DNA of 64,000 nucleotides from Octopus vulgaris. Lineage: Eukaryota. The stretch's first letter is position 1. Each line of letters begins with the position of its first letter. Location: assembly GCA_951406725.2 (NCBI GenBank), contig OX597819.1, positions 50,716,001 to 50,780,000 on the forward strand. The letters are read 5' to 3'. This document shows positions 28,473-42,257 of this stretch, one piece after another. Position numbers and translations under genes: made by a program. The notes beneath the pieces were generated by a model that saw only the letters and a program-made list of their open reading frames with translations, searched no databases and had not been told where the DNA came from.

Positions 28473-28792
28473 CTTTTATATTTTGCTTCTGTCAGTCCTT
28501 GAACTACGGCCATGCTGGGGCACCTCCTTGAAGTGATTAGTCGAGAAATTGACCCCCACTACTTATTCTATCGCACTCTTTTTGCCAAACTATTAAGCTA
28601 TGGGAACACAAGCAAACCATCTGTCGTAAAGCACAAAAATACATACACATACCCTCACATACGCACGTACTCACGTATAGACACGCATACGCACGCGCAA
28701 ACACACATATACACACATACACACATACACACTCGTGCACATATATTTGTACGGCGGGCTTCTTTCAGTTTCCGTCTACGAAATATACTCAC
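28473..28792 (-). mobile_element. SINE family B, partial and diverged
   Basis: Similar to 7847-8232. Confidence 0.7.
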
Positions 28793-29329
28793 GTAGTACT
28801 GCACACCTTTCTGGCTTAATGGTTCGCTTGACTGAAGAAGCAGCAGAACCGATGTTGCAGGACAACGGAGTTGAGAGAGAGGGAGAGAGAGAGGGAAAGA
28901 GAGGGAGAAAGAGAGAGAGAGAGAAAGAGAAAGGGAGGGAGAGAGACCCTTAGTTCGGTACCCTAGCCCAAAAGCGGTCAAGTGTAATCAAGTGACAGAT
29001 TTAGTTTACCAAATAGGATCATGCAATTGACGAAGCCAGTGATAAAAAGCAATTAGTGCAACGACACTAACAGAAATCAGAAGTTGCGATGGCAACAGCG
29101 ACAACAGCAATAACAACAGCAACAACAGTAAGACTATTAACAATTTAGACTATTAAAAAGAATATCCACAACAATAACATTAACAATAATATCATCAACG
29201 TGCTATAAGTGGAGATTTGTTTATCGGATTTATATAAAGAGTATTTAAATATTACAGGAGAGAAGCCGTATTTAGAAACTATATGATATATACATACATA
29301 CATACATACATACATACATACATACATAA

Positions 29330-29361
<32 letters not shown>

Positions 29362-29427
29362 TTACATATGTATATATTTTTACCTATATGCATACTCTAT
29401 ATGTATGTGTATATATATGTATGTATG

Positions 29428-29481
<54 letters not shown>

Positions 29482-29486
29482 GAGAG

Positions 29487-29597
<111 letters not shown>

Positions 29598-29609
29598 GAG
29601 ATAGAGATA

Positions 29610-30385
29610 TTTAAGTTTAAAACAATAAGGGTGAAAACTTGAATATATATTAGATTAATATCAATTTATAACCAGTGGTCTAGCATATTGAAAAATCTGA
29701 AAATTCAGAAAAAACTATATTACGTACATATAAGTGGGGTGACCACTAAGTGGACATCCATTATGCTAGATGTAGACCCCCTATGGTCTTACCATGAAGA
29801 AAGGATTGTTCTCAAGATAATTTAGCAAACGCCAGAACGTAAGCGAGCAAGACAAATGAAAAGATATAAAATATAAAATATAACATTTTGTATATTTTGC
29901 ATCTTTTCATTTGTCTTGCTCGCTTACGTTCTGGCGTTTGCTGAATTTTCTTGAGAACAATCTTTTCTTAGTGGTCAGACCATCTCTCAAAGGCCACTGC
30001 AGTAAAGTATTATATGCAGTATAATTTTTTCCGGTAATTTAGCGCGCCAAAACGAGGACATTTGAAATAGTAACCACGAGTGTATAGGTAGAAATGTTTA
30101 CAAGTTTGATTTTATACGGACGTCCTAGTATGCAGTCCTGCAAATTATGTTCATTTGAACGTTCACACCGATGTTCTACGGACATTTATGTAAGTGAATT
30201 ACGTAATATGTTAATAGTGAAATATGTATGCGAATAATCCATATTTTTATTGCTTTTTCTTTTGTCTTGCTCGATTACGTTTTGATTGCTTTGCTAAATT
30301 TTTCTTGAGAACATTTCTTAGTGGTAAGACCATGGCGGATCTATTTCTAGCATATGGGTGTACACATAGTGGTTTCCCTCTAATA
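29610..30385. mobile_element. Unclassified repeat with a ~100-bp-arm fold-back (29781-29983) and a further inverted copy (30250-30385)
   Basis: ATGGTCTTACC..AGCAAACGCCAGAACGTAAGCGAGCAAGACAAATGAAAAGAT and its reverse complements. Confidence 0.7.
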
Positions 30386-30501
30386 TGTATATATATATCT
30401 GTGTGTGTGCATGTGCGTGTCCGTACGTGTGTGTATGTATACATAAATACACACACATATATACTCGGACTCTCATACATACATATACATATGTATATAT
30501 A

Positions 30502-30903
30502 CTCTTTTACTCTTTTATTTGTTTCAGTCATTTGACTGCGGCCATGCTGGAGCACCGCCTTTAGTCGAGCAAATCGACCCCGGGACTTATTCTTTGTAAG
30601 CCCAGTACTTATTCTATCAGTCTCTTTTGCCGAACCGCTAAGTGACGGGGACGTAAACACACCAGCATCGGTTGTCAAGCAATGCTAGGGGGACAAACAC
30701 AGACACACAAATACACACACACACATATATATATATATACGACAGGCTTCTTTCAGTTTCCGTCTACCAAATCCACTCACAAGGCATTGGTCGGCCCGGG
30801 GCTATAGCAGAAGACAATTGCCCAAGATGCCACACAGTGGGACTGAACCCGGAACCATGTGGTTGGTTAGCAAGCTACTTACCACACAGCCACTCCTGCG
30901 CCT
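30502..30903 (-). mobile_element. SINE family B, full length
   Basis: Head AGGCGCAGGAGTGGCTGTGTGGTAAG through to the (AAAAGAGT) tail. Confidence 0.9.
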
Positions 30904-30942
30904 ATATATATATATATACGTGTATATATATATATATGTATG

Positions 30943-31003
<61 letters not shown>

Positions 31004-31117
31004 GCATATATATATATTTGTGTTTTCATGTTTGTATTAACTATATATATATATAGATATATATATATATAAATATACATATATTCATACCATACAATTT
31101 ATTAACTTATACATATA

Positions 31118-31161
<44 letters not shown>

Positions 31162-32025
31162 GAGTGGGGGAGAAATAATCCGCGCAAAGTATTATCCAGA
31201 TTTACTCATAAATCCACACATAGAACGATGTAGGGCGGAGCGCTGAAGGGCAAGAGTTAAGCCATACGAGACCGTGATCCTTCCGGTTTTAATTGCCGCT
31301 TATCAGAACTAGAATACTGAAAGACGTAACTAAATACTGCAAAGTATTTTATCATTCTCAATACCGATTTAACCATTTATCGATTTAATAAAGAAAAGAA
31401 ATCCTATGGATACTAGTACGGTCCCAGCTTGCAAGCTGAAATGGGTAAAATGTAACATAGTAATGAAGTTGTATGGCTTTTAAACGTGGCTGTATATTTT
31501 GGCGAGGCACAGTGTAATGGATTAAGTTAACCTTTGCACCTAATTTGGTTAGTATTTTATTTTCTGTCAATCTCTGGATTTGTGAATAGTTAAAATTACC
31601 TCTGTGGCGGAATTTGAACTCGGAAAGCGATTCAGGCTTGCAACTATGACTCACCGCTTAATGCTACACTGTACTTTAACCCCGAAAACAAATTAATAAC
31701 TTTAAGGATTTCGGCTTTGAGTACTTGATATGTTCTCTGGCCAATGAGAGAATCTCTCAGTGCTCGCTCAGTTTGCTAGTTATAATAACCAAATATAACT
31801 CAAATCACTTTCTAACATTAAAAAAAACATGAAAAACACTAAATAAGGTTGTCCTCGATACATGATGCTTGAAAACGATAATAGTTTGAAAGGTCATGGC
31901 TGGAACGTCCACATGTTTACTGCAGAAAACAGATATTTCAATTCAAAATTTCATTGCCATTAACTGTGGAAAATAGTTTTATATAGCAATCTATCTTTTG
32001 TTGAGGGATGTCCTCTTTGAAACTA

Positions 32026-32188
32026 CGGCTGTTAGATAAGTAGCTTGCTTATCAACCACATGGTTCCAGGTACAGTCCCACTGCGTGACACCTTGGGCAT
32101 GTGTTTTCTACTATATAGCCTTAAGCCGACCAAAGCCTTGTGAGGGGATTTGGTAGACGGAAACTGAAAGAAGCCCGTCGTATATATG

Positions 32189-32261
<73 letters not shown>

Positions 32262-32465
32262 GTGTGTGTTTGTGTGTCTGTGTTTGTCCCACACCATCGC
32301 TTGTTAATCGATGCTGGTGTGTTTACGTCCCCGTAACTTAGCGGTTCAGCAACGTGAAATGAAGTGTTTTCCCCAAGAACACAACACGTCGCCCGGTCCA
32401 GCAATCGAACATACAATCTTACGATCACGAGTCCAACACCCTAACCACTAAGCTACGCGCCTCCA
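32026..32465. mobile_element. SINE B (+, 32026-32350) fused to a SINE D head (-, 32351-32465)
   Basis: Junction reads AGCGGTTC/AGCAACGTGAAATGAAGTG. Confidence 0.8.
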
Positions 32466-32680
32466 CTTAAAGGTTTAAGGCTAACTGAAATAAACACAGA
32501 CATCAACAACAACAATGATATAGCATTTATATTACTTTATCAATACTAGAACTGAGTCTGACCAAAATCAATTCACGTTAAATGAAGATCTGTATTCCAG
32601 ATCTGAACATAAAAAGAAAACCGGCGCTCAAAGGACTCTGAGCATCTTCACCCATCTCTGACTATCCGCTTCCATAATAA

Positions 32681-32889
32681 TGATTTCAAATTTTGGCACA
32701 AGGCCAGCAATTTTGTGCTAAGTCGATTACATCGACTCTAGTGCTAAAGTGGTACTTATTTCATCGACAATAAAAAGATGAAATGGAAAGACGACCTCGG
32801 TGGAAATTTGAACTCAGAGCGTTAGGACGAGCGGAATATCGCTACAGGTTGTGGCCGACGTCCAAACGATACTGCCAACCCGCCGCCTT
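32681..32889 (-). mobile_element. SINE family A, diverged
   Basis: Family similarity. Confidence 0.7.
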
Positions 32890-33129
32890 ATCTCCACCCA
32901 TAATAATAACTCTTACAATTATTTATACTGATAAATATGTCGAAGAATTCCTCAAGTAATGTGATACATGAGAAGTCAAGATTAATAGAAGATCATTTCC
33001 ACGTCATTACATTCTAATTAGAGAACACCACGTCAAACTAAATGGAGGTAGTTCATGCCTGCATTAATTAAATCCGTCTACCAATTGATATCAAATATTG
33101 CACTCGGAGCAATGGAGTTTTTGTCGCTG

Positions 33130-33889
33130 ATGTTGTGGTTACTGGTGTTGATGATGCTGATGTTGTTGTTGTTGTTGATTATAATGATGATGATGATGAT
33201 GATGATGATGGTGCTGCTATTGTTGTTGTTGTTGTTGTTGTAGTTGGTGATGGAAGTTGTTTGGCGTTAGGTGGTGTTGGATTACTGTGGCATGTTAGTT
33301 GTAGAGGTGGTAGTTGTGGTGGCTGTGGTGGTTGTGGTGGTGGTTGTGATGGGGGTGGTTATATTGGTAATAGAGCTGTTGTTGTTGTTGGTGGTGGTGG
33401 TCATGATCATGACTACGACGACGACGACGACGACGACAGCGACGACGATGACGATGACAACGCTGATGATGCTGATGATGGTGACGACGACGACGACGAT
33501 GATAATAGCGATGATGATAACGATGATAATGATGATGATGGTGGTGTTATTGATAGTGCTGGTGGTATTGATAATTATGCTAGCGGCTGGTAGCGTTCGT
33601 TTATCGTGATTGGGCTGTTGGCGGCGAAGGTGGTAGTGGTGATGGTAGGGAAAATGATGATGGTGAGTGTGAAAATGGTATTGATGACGGTGGTGGTAAT
33701 GATGATGGTAATGGTGATGGTTGTAGTGGTGGTGGTGGTGGTGGGGGTGGGGTGGGGGTGAGGGATATTAGTGTTAGGTGGATGAGTGGGTGGTTAATGT
33801 TGGGCGTGGTCATCGCCGTGGAAGCTGTACAGTCGGTGGTGATGCTGGTGGAGATGTTTATGGTGATATTGGTGATGGCGATGAGGATG

Positions 33890-33920
<31 letters not shown>

Positions 33921-33931
33921 CGACGATGATA

Positions 33932-33975
<44 letters not shown>

Positions 33976-34140
33976 AACGATGATGATAGTTGTGGTGGTG
34001 GGGATGTTTATAATGAGAGTGGTGGGGGTGAGGATAATGATGGTGTTTGTGGTGTTGGTGTTGATGGCAGTGGTGTTATTGGTGGTGGTGGTGGTGGTGG
34101 TGGTGGTGATGGTGGTGGTGTTGGTGGTAGTGAAAGTAAC
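33130..34140. repeat. (GGT/GAT/GAC)n low-complexity tract
   Basis: Read directly. Confidence 0.9.
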
Positions 34141-34830
34141 GGCATTTGGTACAGCAAGTGCTATTAGATGGTTCCAATTAGCCGACCTGTTATATTAAGT
34201 ATTGTACAAGTTTCAGGCGGGTGCAAATAGCACAAACGGTGAGAGAAATTGGATTAAATGCCTAAATTAATTATTCCCAATTAGGAGTTTCTGAGTTCAA
34301 ATGTGACAGCGATTTGCTTCGCGTTTTCGCACCTTCTGGGTTTAATGAAAAAGAAAAAGACAGCCAGCTGATGATAATCATCAAAACTTGTTCACCACAG
34401 AAATGTTTTATGTATGTATATATTACCCTCTATAATCTATATATATATGTAAAAAAAAACCCAAAAAACCCCAGTCATAATGCATCGTTGGTGCAAATGT
34501 AGTTCGTTACATCAGTTTGTACAGCATATTACCCGCAAGACACCCGTTAGTTGTGGAGGTGAATAATGAAGAGATTAGTGAAATTCATTTTCTTTCTCTC
34601 ATGTTTTATAAGCACTATGGACACGAAGGGATTCCTGAAATAAGTCCAGTGATTTTTAAATCCACGCTGTTGATGACATCAGATAGCCGAATACAGCGAG
34701 TGGGCTTTAAATGGTGTAGTACAGGATGTAGTACATTAAATTATTTCTTATATATATCAAATGATAATGTGGATCGTTGGCGATTTTTTTCCTCCGTCTT
34801 ACTTTTCTCTTGGGCTTTCATCTGTTTCCT

Positions 34831-34865
34831 GTTTCTGACGAAGAGCTTTGCTCGAAACGTATAGC
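34831..34865 (+). ncRNA. Minimal HHR motif in a PLE-terminal-like repeat (~34770-34960)
   Basis: GUUU-CUGACGA-A-GAGC-UUU-GCUC-GAAA-C-GUA-UAGC; the truncated sister copy at 36074-36103 has the AAAC partner for stem I. Confidence 0.6.
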
Positions 34866-34981
34866 TAATTTCCCTTCCTTCCCTGAGTGTCTGCTAATAC
34901 TTTGCATGTACCACGTCCTCGCGTCGTTGTTTTTCTTGTGTTTTTCCTCGTTTTTATTATCTCTCTCTGTCTCTCTCTGTC

Positions 34982-35087
<106 letters not shown>

Positions 35088-35330
35088 TACTAATATAGGA
35101 TGAAGTTTTTTTTACAGAAAAAAAATTTCATCAGAAGATGTGGCATCTTTAAGGTTAGAATGATAAACAACTTATAAATAGGGGCTAAAGAAAATTATTT
35201 CTATGCCAATATGCTGATAACAGACTTTTAAATCGTCAATTTCCACATATTATTTACTCGCTACAGAAAATACGTGGAGCTGAAATCGAGGAAAGCTGGT
35301 CAACAGGATTTTTTTAGAAAAAGTTCGCTA

Positions 35331-35392
35331 TTTCTATATTGAATCAATTTCGGAATTAATCTCATAATAGATTTTTTCATCCTCAGTAGAAA
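35331..35392 (-). ncRNA. Type I hammerhead ribozyme
   Basis: UUUCUA-CUGAGGA-stem II(GAA..AAUCU/AGAUU..UUC)-GAAA-UUGAUUCAA-UA-UAGAAA; stem I is a perfect 6 bp; AUA triplet. Confidence 0.7.
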
Positions 35393-35509
35393 ACACGAAA
35401 AGATATAAATAAGATACTTATTTAGATATATCTGGGGTACTTATATGTACTCATGATTTTTGCTTCGGCTTTTTCCATGGGCGCATGTAAGTATCTTATT
35501 TATATATAT

Positions 35510-36060
35510 GGTGGCTGCCCCTCGTTATCGAGTATGGCCATTGCACAAAGCTTAATCAATGTTGTTATCGTGCAATGCCTGTGCAAGAAGATTTTTTTTT
35601 AAGTGAGGAAAGGCTGTGCACCGAGTCAATCCTACTCACTAAGCAACAACAGCCATAATCCGAAAAGAAGAACAAGTCAATATCATCGGTAACCACTGAG
35701 CCGCAGGTTTTATGTCGGAGTTATCCAGTTATCTGAATTACCTTCTCCTAGAAGAATGCCCTAACAAAGGCTAGGAGTCCTTCACTCCCAATGGTTTAAC
35801 CGCGCGATCGGGTATTCAGTCCGATTATTTCTATGTCCCCGCGCATGATGCAGCCTTAAGACATTTATTGAATGGCCTTTGACTCTCAAGAGTTCCTCCG
35901 CCCTTTGACGGGTTTTATTTTTCATCCCGCAGGGTGTCCTATAAACACCCTCCTCACCAAGCAATCTTGGTGGGGTTGCCGGCTCAGTCGCCGACGACCC
36001 GACCATGCAACAGGTTGTACTGGGTTACATGTTACCAGTAGCACTCGAAAGTGACCTGAC
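35510..36060 (-). mobile_element. GC-richer structured retroelement (RTE-associated SINE or 5'UTR-like) in (TA)n
   Basis: Discrete block with several hairpins on the minus strand; the family assignment is inference. Confidence 0.55.
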
Positions 36061-36073
36061 ACATATATATATA

Positions 36074-36206
36074 TGACGAAGAGCTCCGCTCGAAACGTTA
36101 AACCCTCCTTCCCTTCTTTCCTGAGCGTCAATAATACTTTAATTGTTCCACGTCCTGCGTTGCTGTGTTTTTTTCTCTTTCTTTCTGTGTTTTCTTGTTT
36201 GGATTA

Positions 36207-36210
<4 letters not shown>
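36074..36210 (+). mobile_element. 5'-truncated copy of the 34831 HHR repeat
   Basis: TGACGAAGAGCTCCGCTCGAAACGTT..TTCCTGAGCGTC..CCACGTCCT; (TA)n on both flanks. Confidence 0.7.
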
Positions 36211-36270
<60 letters not shown>

Positions 36271-36283
36271 TATATATATATGC

Positions 36284-36332
<49 letters not shown>

Positions 36333-37109
36333 TATACACACACACATACACAGTGTATGCGATTTATTAATACTTCGAATTTGCTGCGGAATAGAGTCCT
36401 AAGAATGCTCCCAACATACTTCGAGTGTTAAAGAACACCGGAATGTCACAGACCAGACGCGACGAGAAAGGCACATATCAGTATTTCGCGATTATTGTGG
36501 CTTATCGATACCATGTCCTCCAATCATCGTGAAACGAATTGAGTCACTGCGCAAAGATTTATAAGCAAATAGAGTATTTACAAATGTTTGCTGATGCGCT
36601 GCATTGTAGCACGTGTGAATGTAAATCAAATTACAGAGTAAAAGTAGCTCTTTTGATATAAACAGTACCGATTGCAAATACACGGTTTATTGAATTTGCT
36701 GTGACATAGCGTCCGTAGTTGTCACCATCATCGTCACCGCATTACTACAAGTATTATTATTTTTATTAGTTTATGCGTTCACGCTGCTTTTCTTATAAGT
36801 ATGACAACCATCTCCACTCAGCTCCAATCCACCCCGGACGTCCACCCTAAACACATCCATTGTCATTAGTTCCCTTAGGTCCCTACATACGCTTCATGTT
36901 AAAAAAAAGACATCTGAATGTCAGAGACCTGGCGAAACAATTCGTTTCGGAATCACCGAGAAATTATACGTCCCGATATTTCGCAATTCTAGTTTTCTTT
37001 AACACTCGACGAATGTAAGGATTTTTCACAGGATGATATCCTGCGATGATTTGAAAATGTTGCTATTATTTCTAGCCGGTGAGGCACCTGCGTAGATGCT
37101 TGATTCTTG

Positions 37110-37354
37110 TATTAGTAGTGGTGCTAGCAGCAGCAGCAACAGTAGTAGTAGTAGTAGCAGCAGCAGCAACAGTTGCAGAGGTGGCAACAGCAGTATTAGT
37201 AATAGATGCAGCAGCAGCAGCAGCAGCAGCGGTGGCGGTAGCAGTAGTAGTAGTAGTAGAAGTAGTAGTAGTCATAGTAGTAGTAGCAGTAGCGTTGGCA
37301 GCAGCAGTATTAGTAACAGATGCAGCAGTAGCAGCGGTGCCAGTAGTAGTAGTG

Positions 37355-37386
<32 letters not shown>

Positions 37387-37576
37387 GGTGGCAGTAGCAG
37401 TATTACTAACAGATGCAGCAGCAGCAGTCGTGGTAGTATTAGTGGTTGTAGTAGTAGTAGTAGTAGCATTAGTAGTAGTAGTTGTAGTAGCGGTGGCAGC
37501 AGCAGTATTAGTAACAGATGCAGCAGCAGCAGTCGTAGTAGTAGTAGTAGTAGTAGTAGTAGTTGTCGTCGTCGTC

Positions 37577-37612
<36 letters not shown>

Positions 37613-38800
37613 ATAGTAGTAGTAGTAGTAGTAGTAGTTTATGCGTTCTCACTGCTTTTCTTAGGAGTGTGAGAACCATCTCCACCCAGCCGCCAATCCA
37701 CCCCAGACCTCCACCCCAAACACATCCATTGTCATCAGTTGAAGAACATCAATGACAGAAACTTCAAAATGTATTTCTCGGTTTGCAAAGAAAATTGCCA
37801 CCAGTAAATGTCGAATGTAATTGAATTGTGAAATTGTTTCAATAGGTCTGGGTGTGGTAGTGGCGGTATAGGTGGTGGTGTTGGTGTTGGTGGTGCGCGG
37901 CGGTGGTGGTGGTGGCGGCGGCGGCGGCGATGGAGGTGGTGGTGGTGGTGGTGACGGTGACGGTGACGGTGAAGATGGTGGTGGTGGTGAAGGTGGTAGT
38001 GGTCGAGGTGTGGGTGGAAGAATTGGTGGTGGCGATGGTGGTGATGGTGGATGTGGAATGGTGGTGGTGGTGGTGACGGTGACGGTGAAGATGGTGGTGG
38101 TGGTGGTGGTGATGATGGTGGTGATGAAGGTGGTAGTGGTCGAGGTGTGGGTGGAAGAATTGGTGGTGGCGATGGTGGTGATGGTGGATGTGGAATGGTG
38201 GTGGTGGTGGTGACGGTGACGGTGAAGATGGTGGTGGTGGAATGGTGGTGATGAAGGTGGTAGTGGTCGAGGTGTGGGTGGAGGAATTGGTGGTGGCGAT
38301 GGCGGTGATGGTGGGTGTGGTGGGGTTGGAGGCAGTGGTGGTAGCGGTGGTAGTGGCGGTAGTGTTGTTAGTGGTGGTGATGTATGGCAGAAATGGTGGT
38401 AACCGTAGCTTGGGTGGTTTCGGTGGCAGTGGTGAAGGTTGTAGCATATAGGTGGAGATATAGGGTGGATTTGACGGTGGGGGTGATGAAGGTGGTGGTG
38501 GTGATGACGTTGTTAGTGATGGTGATGGTGATGATGGTGGCGATTAACAATGGCGGCGTGTGTGATGGGTTTTAGAGCGGTGATGGTATGAGGGAGGGCT
38601 GTGTTGGTATGAATGGTGGTGGTGAAGTCTATTGTAATGCTGACGTTGGCAGTAATGCTGGCGGTGATGGTAGTGGTGGTGGTGGTAGCTTAGGTGGGTG
38701 GTGTGTAAGTGGTGGTGGATTTGCGAGAAAGAAGAGAAAGAAATGGTGGTGGTGGGGGAGTGGGGTGTTGATGAGATGGTAGTGATGACAGTACGTGGGT
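37110..38800. repeat. (AGT/AGC)n and (GGT)n arrays with higher-order repeat units
   Basis: Recurring GCAGTATTAGTAACAGATGCAGCA and GGTCGAGGTGTGGGTGGAAGAATTGG anchors. Confidence 0.9.
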
Positions 38801-38959
38801 GGCGGGGAATGTCAGTGAATGATGTGACAGGAGACATCGTTGCAGCGATATACTGCATGTATATAATTGCATATGTGTATGTGTGTGTGAATGAGTATGT
38901 GTGTGTGTGTGTGTAAGTGTGTGTGCGTAAATGTGCATGTGTCTGTGTGTGCGTATGCG

Positions 38960-39161
38960 TCTGTATTTGACCCTCACCACAGATTGACAATCGGTGTTGG
39001 TGTGTTTACGTCCTCATGTCTAGCGGTTCGGCAAAAAGAGACCGATAGAATAAATACCAGACTTTATAAAAATAAGTACTGGGGCTGATTAAAGGTAGTG
39101 AAATTATTCAAGGCGGTGCTCCAGTATGGCTGTAGTCATATGGTCGAAAGAAGTAAAAGAA
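38960..39161 (+). mobile_element. SINE family B 3' half
   Basis: Family similarity. Confidence 0.75.
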
Positions 39162-40500
39162 AATACACACACTCATATATATATATATATATGTATGTAC
39201 GTACGTACATATGTACGTACATATGTACGTGTTTATGTACCTACCTACATGTACGTACGTACGTATGTAGAGATGTATGTATGTGTATATGAATATAAGT
39301 ATGTCATTATTCAGTTTCTTTCAAGATTTCTTGCCAATAGAGAGAGAACTGGTTTCTAACCTAAATCCAATGCTCCTTCATTGGAATTCCAACATCATCA
39401 ACAGGGCATTTTTGTATGTATGTATGTATGTATGTATGTATGTATGTATGTGTCTGAAAAGCAAACCTAACAATGAATATACACACAAACGCACAATCAT
39501 ACAAAAAGAAGTATTAGTCGTTGCTAAAAATATGAGAAATCCGCCGTCTGAATAAATTAGCATGTATTAAAATTTCTCTGAATGTATATAGGAATTTTTT
39601 TCTCAGTGGCCGTTCAGTTACAGAATATAATTAGAAATGAACACCTTAGCCTTCCATGACAGCAAAGATTATTGGTCCCCGCGTATGCTTTAACTCGAGA
39701 GTAAATATTTCAAGACGAAAGTGTATCGAGAATTTTTAACAACTAAATATATGAAGCAAAATAATTTTGTTTGCTTCTGTCTGGATTTCGAAACGAATGC
39801 ACATGAAATGAAGGTTTGTATTTAAATAGGTTTGAAGTTAAACAATGTAAGTTTTAGAGTTGTTAGTAACAATCAACAACTATACATTGATACACTTTAC
39901 ACTCGATCAGATTTTTCACCTTCAACGTGGATAAATCCTAAACGCCCTTTGCTTGTATTGGTTTCCTTTGTTTTATCTTGAATTTGAATTAATTACCAGT
40001 CACATTTAGATTTTGTTTTATACAGTTTATGTGTACGCGCGTACACAAAGCTTTAACTTTATAATTCTTGTGACAATATAAAATAGACAGATGTAGAAAA
40101 ACACTAAGAATGTAGAAAACACTTCTTGTTTTATGAAAATTTAATTAGCTACGATTGTATCTAAAGACACTTGTTCAAACCTAATATAAATCGAATTTGA
40201 ATTATATTCCCCTTTGAATAATTCCAGTCACAATTTGTATATCGAATAATTTGTTGAAAAATTGTAAGCTAACTTCAATTTTAATAAGCGTAACTTATTA
40301 GGTTACTATCAATAAGAATAAGTGTTTAATCCTTTATTCAATTGGACATAAATAGAGAGAAAAATAAATACTTCTAGCTTTATCTGCCTGAATTAAGATT
40401 TATTAATATAAGTTAGAAATTTTTCTTATCACCTAATATTTTCAAGCTACAACGACATCACATTAAGCTGAACTATATATATATACATATACATACATAC

Positions 40501-40574
<74 letters not shown>

Positions 40575-41082
40575 TTATTTATTTATTTATGTATATATAT
40601 TTATTTATTTATTTATGTATAATAGTGACATATTCAAGAAGAAAAAAAGGCGAGTCCGACATATTTTAAATTAGTATTGAATGAAGTAAATATACGTTAA
40701 AGTATACAATGTATTATAGTGAACACACACACGCATACACACGCTCATGCATGCACACATACACACTCATGCACATACACAGTTACATACACACACACAT
40801 GTAACCAATTAATATTATTTAATAATATAACGATATTTTCGTTCACAATAGAATAGCCAAAATTACCGGACGCAGTCCATTTCTAATATAGTGTGCAGAA
40901 ATTGATAGCATAATAAACATACAAATTTATTGCTTTATAAGAAATTGATCTAAATAAACGATTAATTTTTGAACAACTACAAAATAGACCGCCTTTAATA
41001 AAGTTTCGTCCTTTTCACTTAATAACTAATTAGAAAAACAAACTGCGTTATGAAAAGTATATACATATAAATGTATATATAT

Positions 41083-41687
41083 TTCGGTGCGAATGGTTTT
41101 GTTTAGCTGTGACGAGTTTTACAATTATGTAAATACTAATAATGGTATTTTTTTTATAAGCTTAAATCTTATAGCGATCACCGTGCTAATGACTAAGGAA
41201 AATTGTCTAATAATGGGGAATATAAGCACTCGACAGAAAAGAAAAAGTAGATTTTGCCGTACGTGAACCCACATTCTTTTGTTAACGCGACCAAGTGTGT
41301 TACCGATTATCAAATTTAAGAAATTTATTAGTTCGTAATTGTTTTTGGTAAACAAACTTTATACGCTTTCGGTGCGAATGGTTTTGTTAATATAGTTCTT
41401 AAATTTAACAGAAAGGTTCAGGCTGGTTCATTGGTGTAATCGGTAACATACTTAGTCGCATTAACAAAGAGATGTGTGTTCGAGTCCCACGCTTACGGCA
41501 AAGCCTACCTTTTTTCTGTCGAGGGCTTATATACCCTATTATCAGACTATTTTCCTTAGTCATTTATACGGTGATCGCTTTAAACTTATAAGAAATACCA
41601 TTATTAGCATTTACAGAATCGCAGAACGCGACACTGCTTAATAAAACCATTCGCACCGAAAGCCTACTTTTATCTGTCGAGGGCTTT
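41083..41687. mobile_element. Inverted pair of a tRNA-headed repeat
   Basis: 41083-41312 is the diverged reverse complement of 41431-41660; A box TGGTGTAATCGG and B box GTTCGAGTCC lie at 41432-41487. Confidence 0.7.
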
Positions 41688-41868
41688 GTCTAACCTTTTT
41701 TTTTTTTTTGTTTCTTTCTACCTGTCTTCCTTTTCTCTCTCATTCCTTTCTTTCTTCCTTGTTTATTTTTTCTTTGCTGTCACCCAACCTTTCTTTGTCT
41801 GCTCTCATAAAAACAACCAGACCAAGTAAGACCAAGAGCTCTGAGAAAAGAGTAGTAGTAGTAGTAGT

Positions 41869-42257
41869 AATGGTTTCAAATTTTCTCACAAGGGCAACAA
41901 GGGTAAGGGGGTAGTCAATTACATTGGTTTCAGTACTTGACTGGTACTTAATTTATCGACGCCGAAAGCATGAACGGCAAAATCGACCTCGGCGGAATTT
42001 GAACTCAGAACGCAGACGAAATACCTATTTCTTTACTACCCACAAGGGGCTAAACACAGAGGGAACAAACAAGGATAGACAAACGGATTAAATCGATTAC
42101 ATCGACCCCAGTGCGTAACTAGTACTTAATTTATCGACCCCGAAAGGATGAAAGACAAAGTCGACCTCGGCGGAATTTGAACTCAGAACGTAACGGCAGA
42201 CGAAATACGGCTACGCATTTCGCCCGGCGTGCTAACGTTTCTGCCAGCTCGCCGCCT
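41869..42257 (-). mobile_element. SINE family A dimer
   Basis: Family similarity. Confidence 0.85.
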
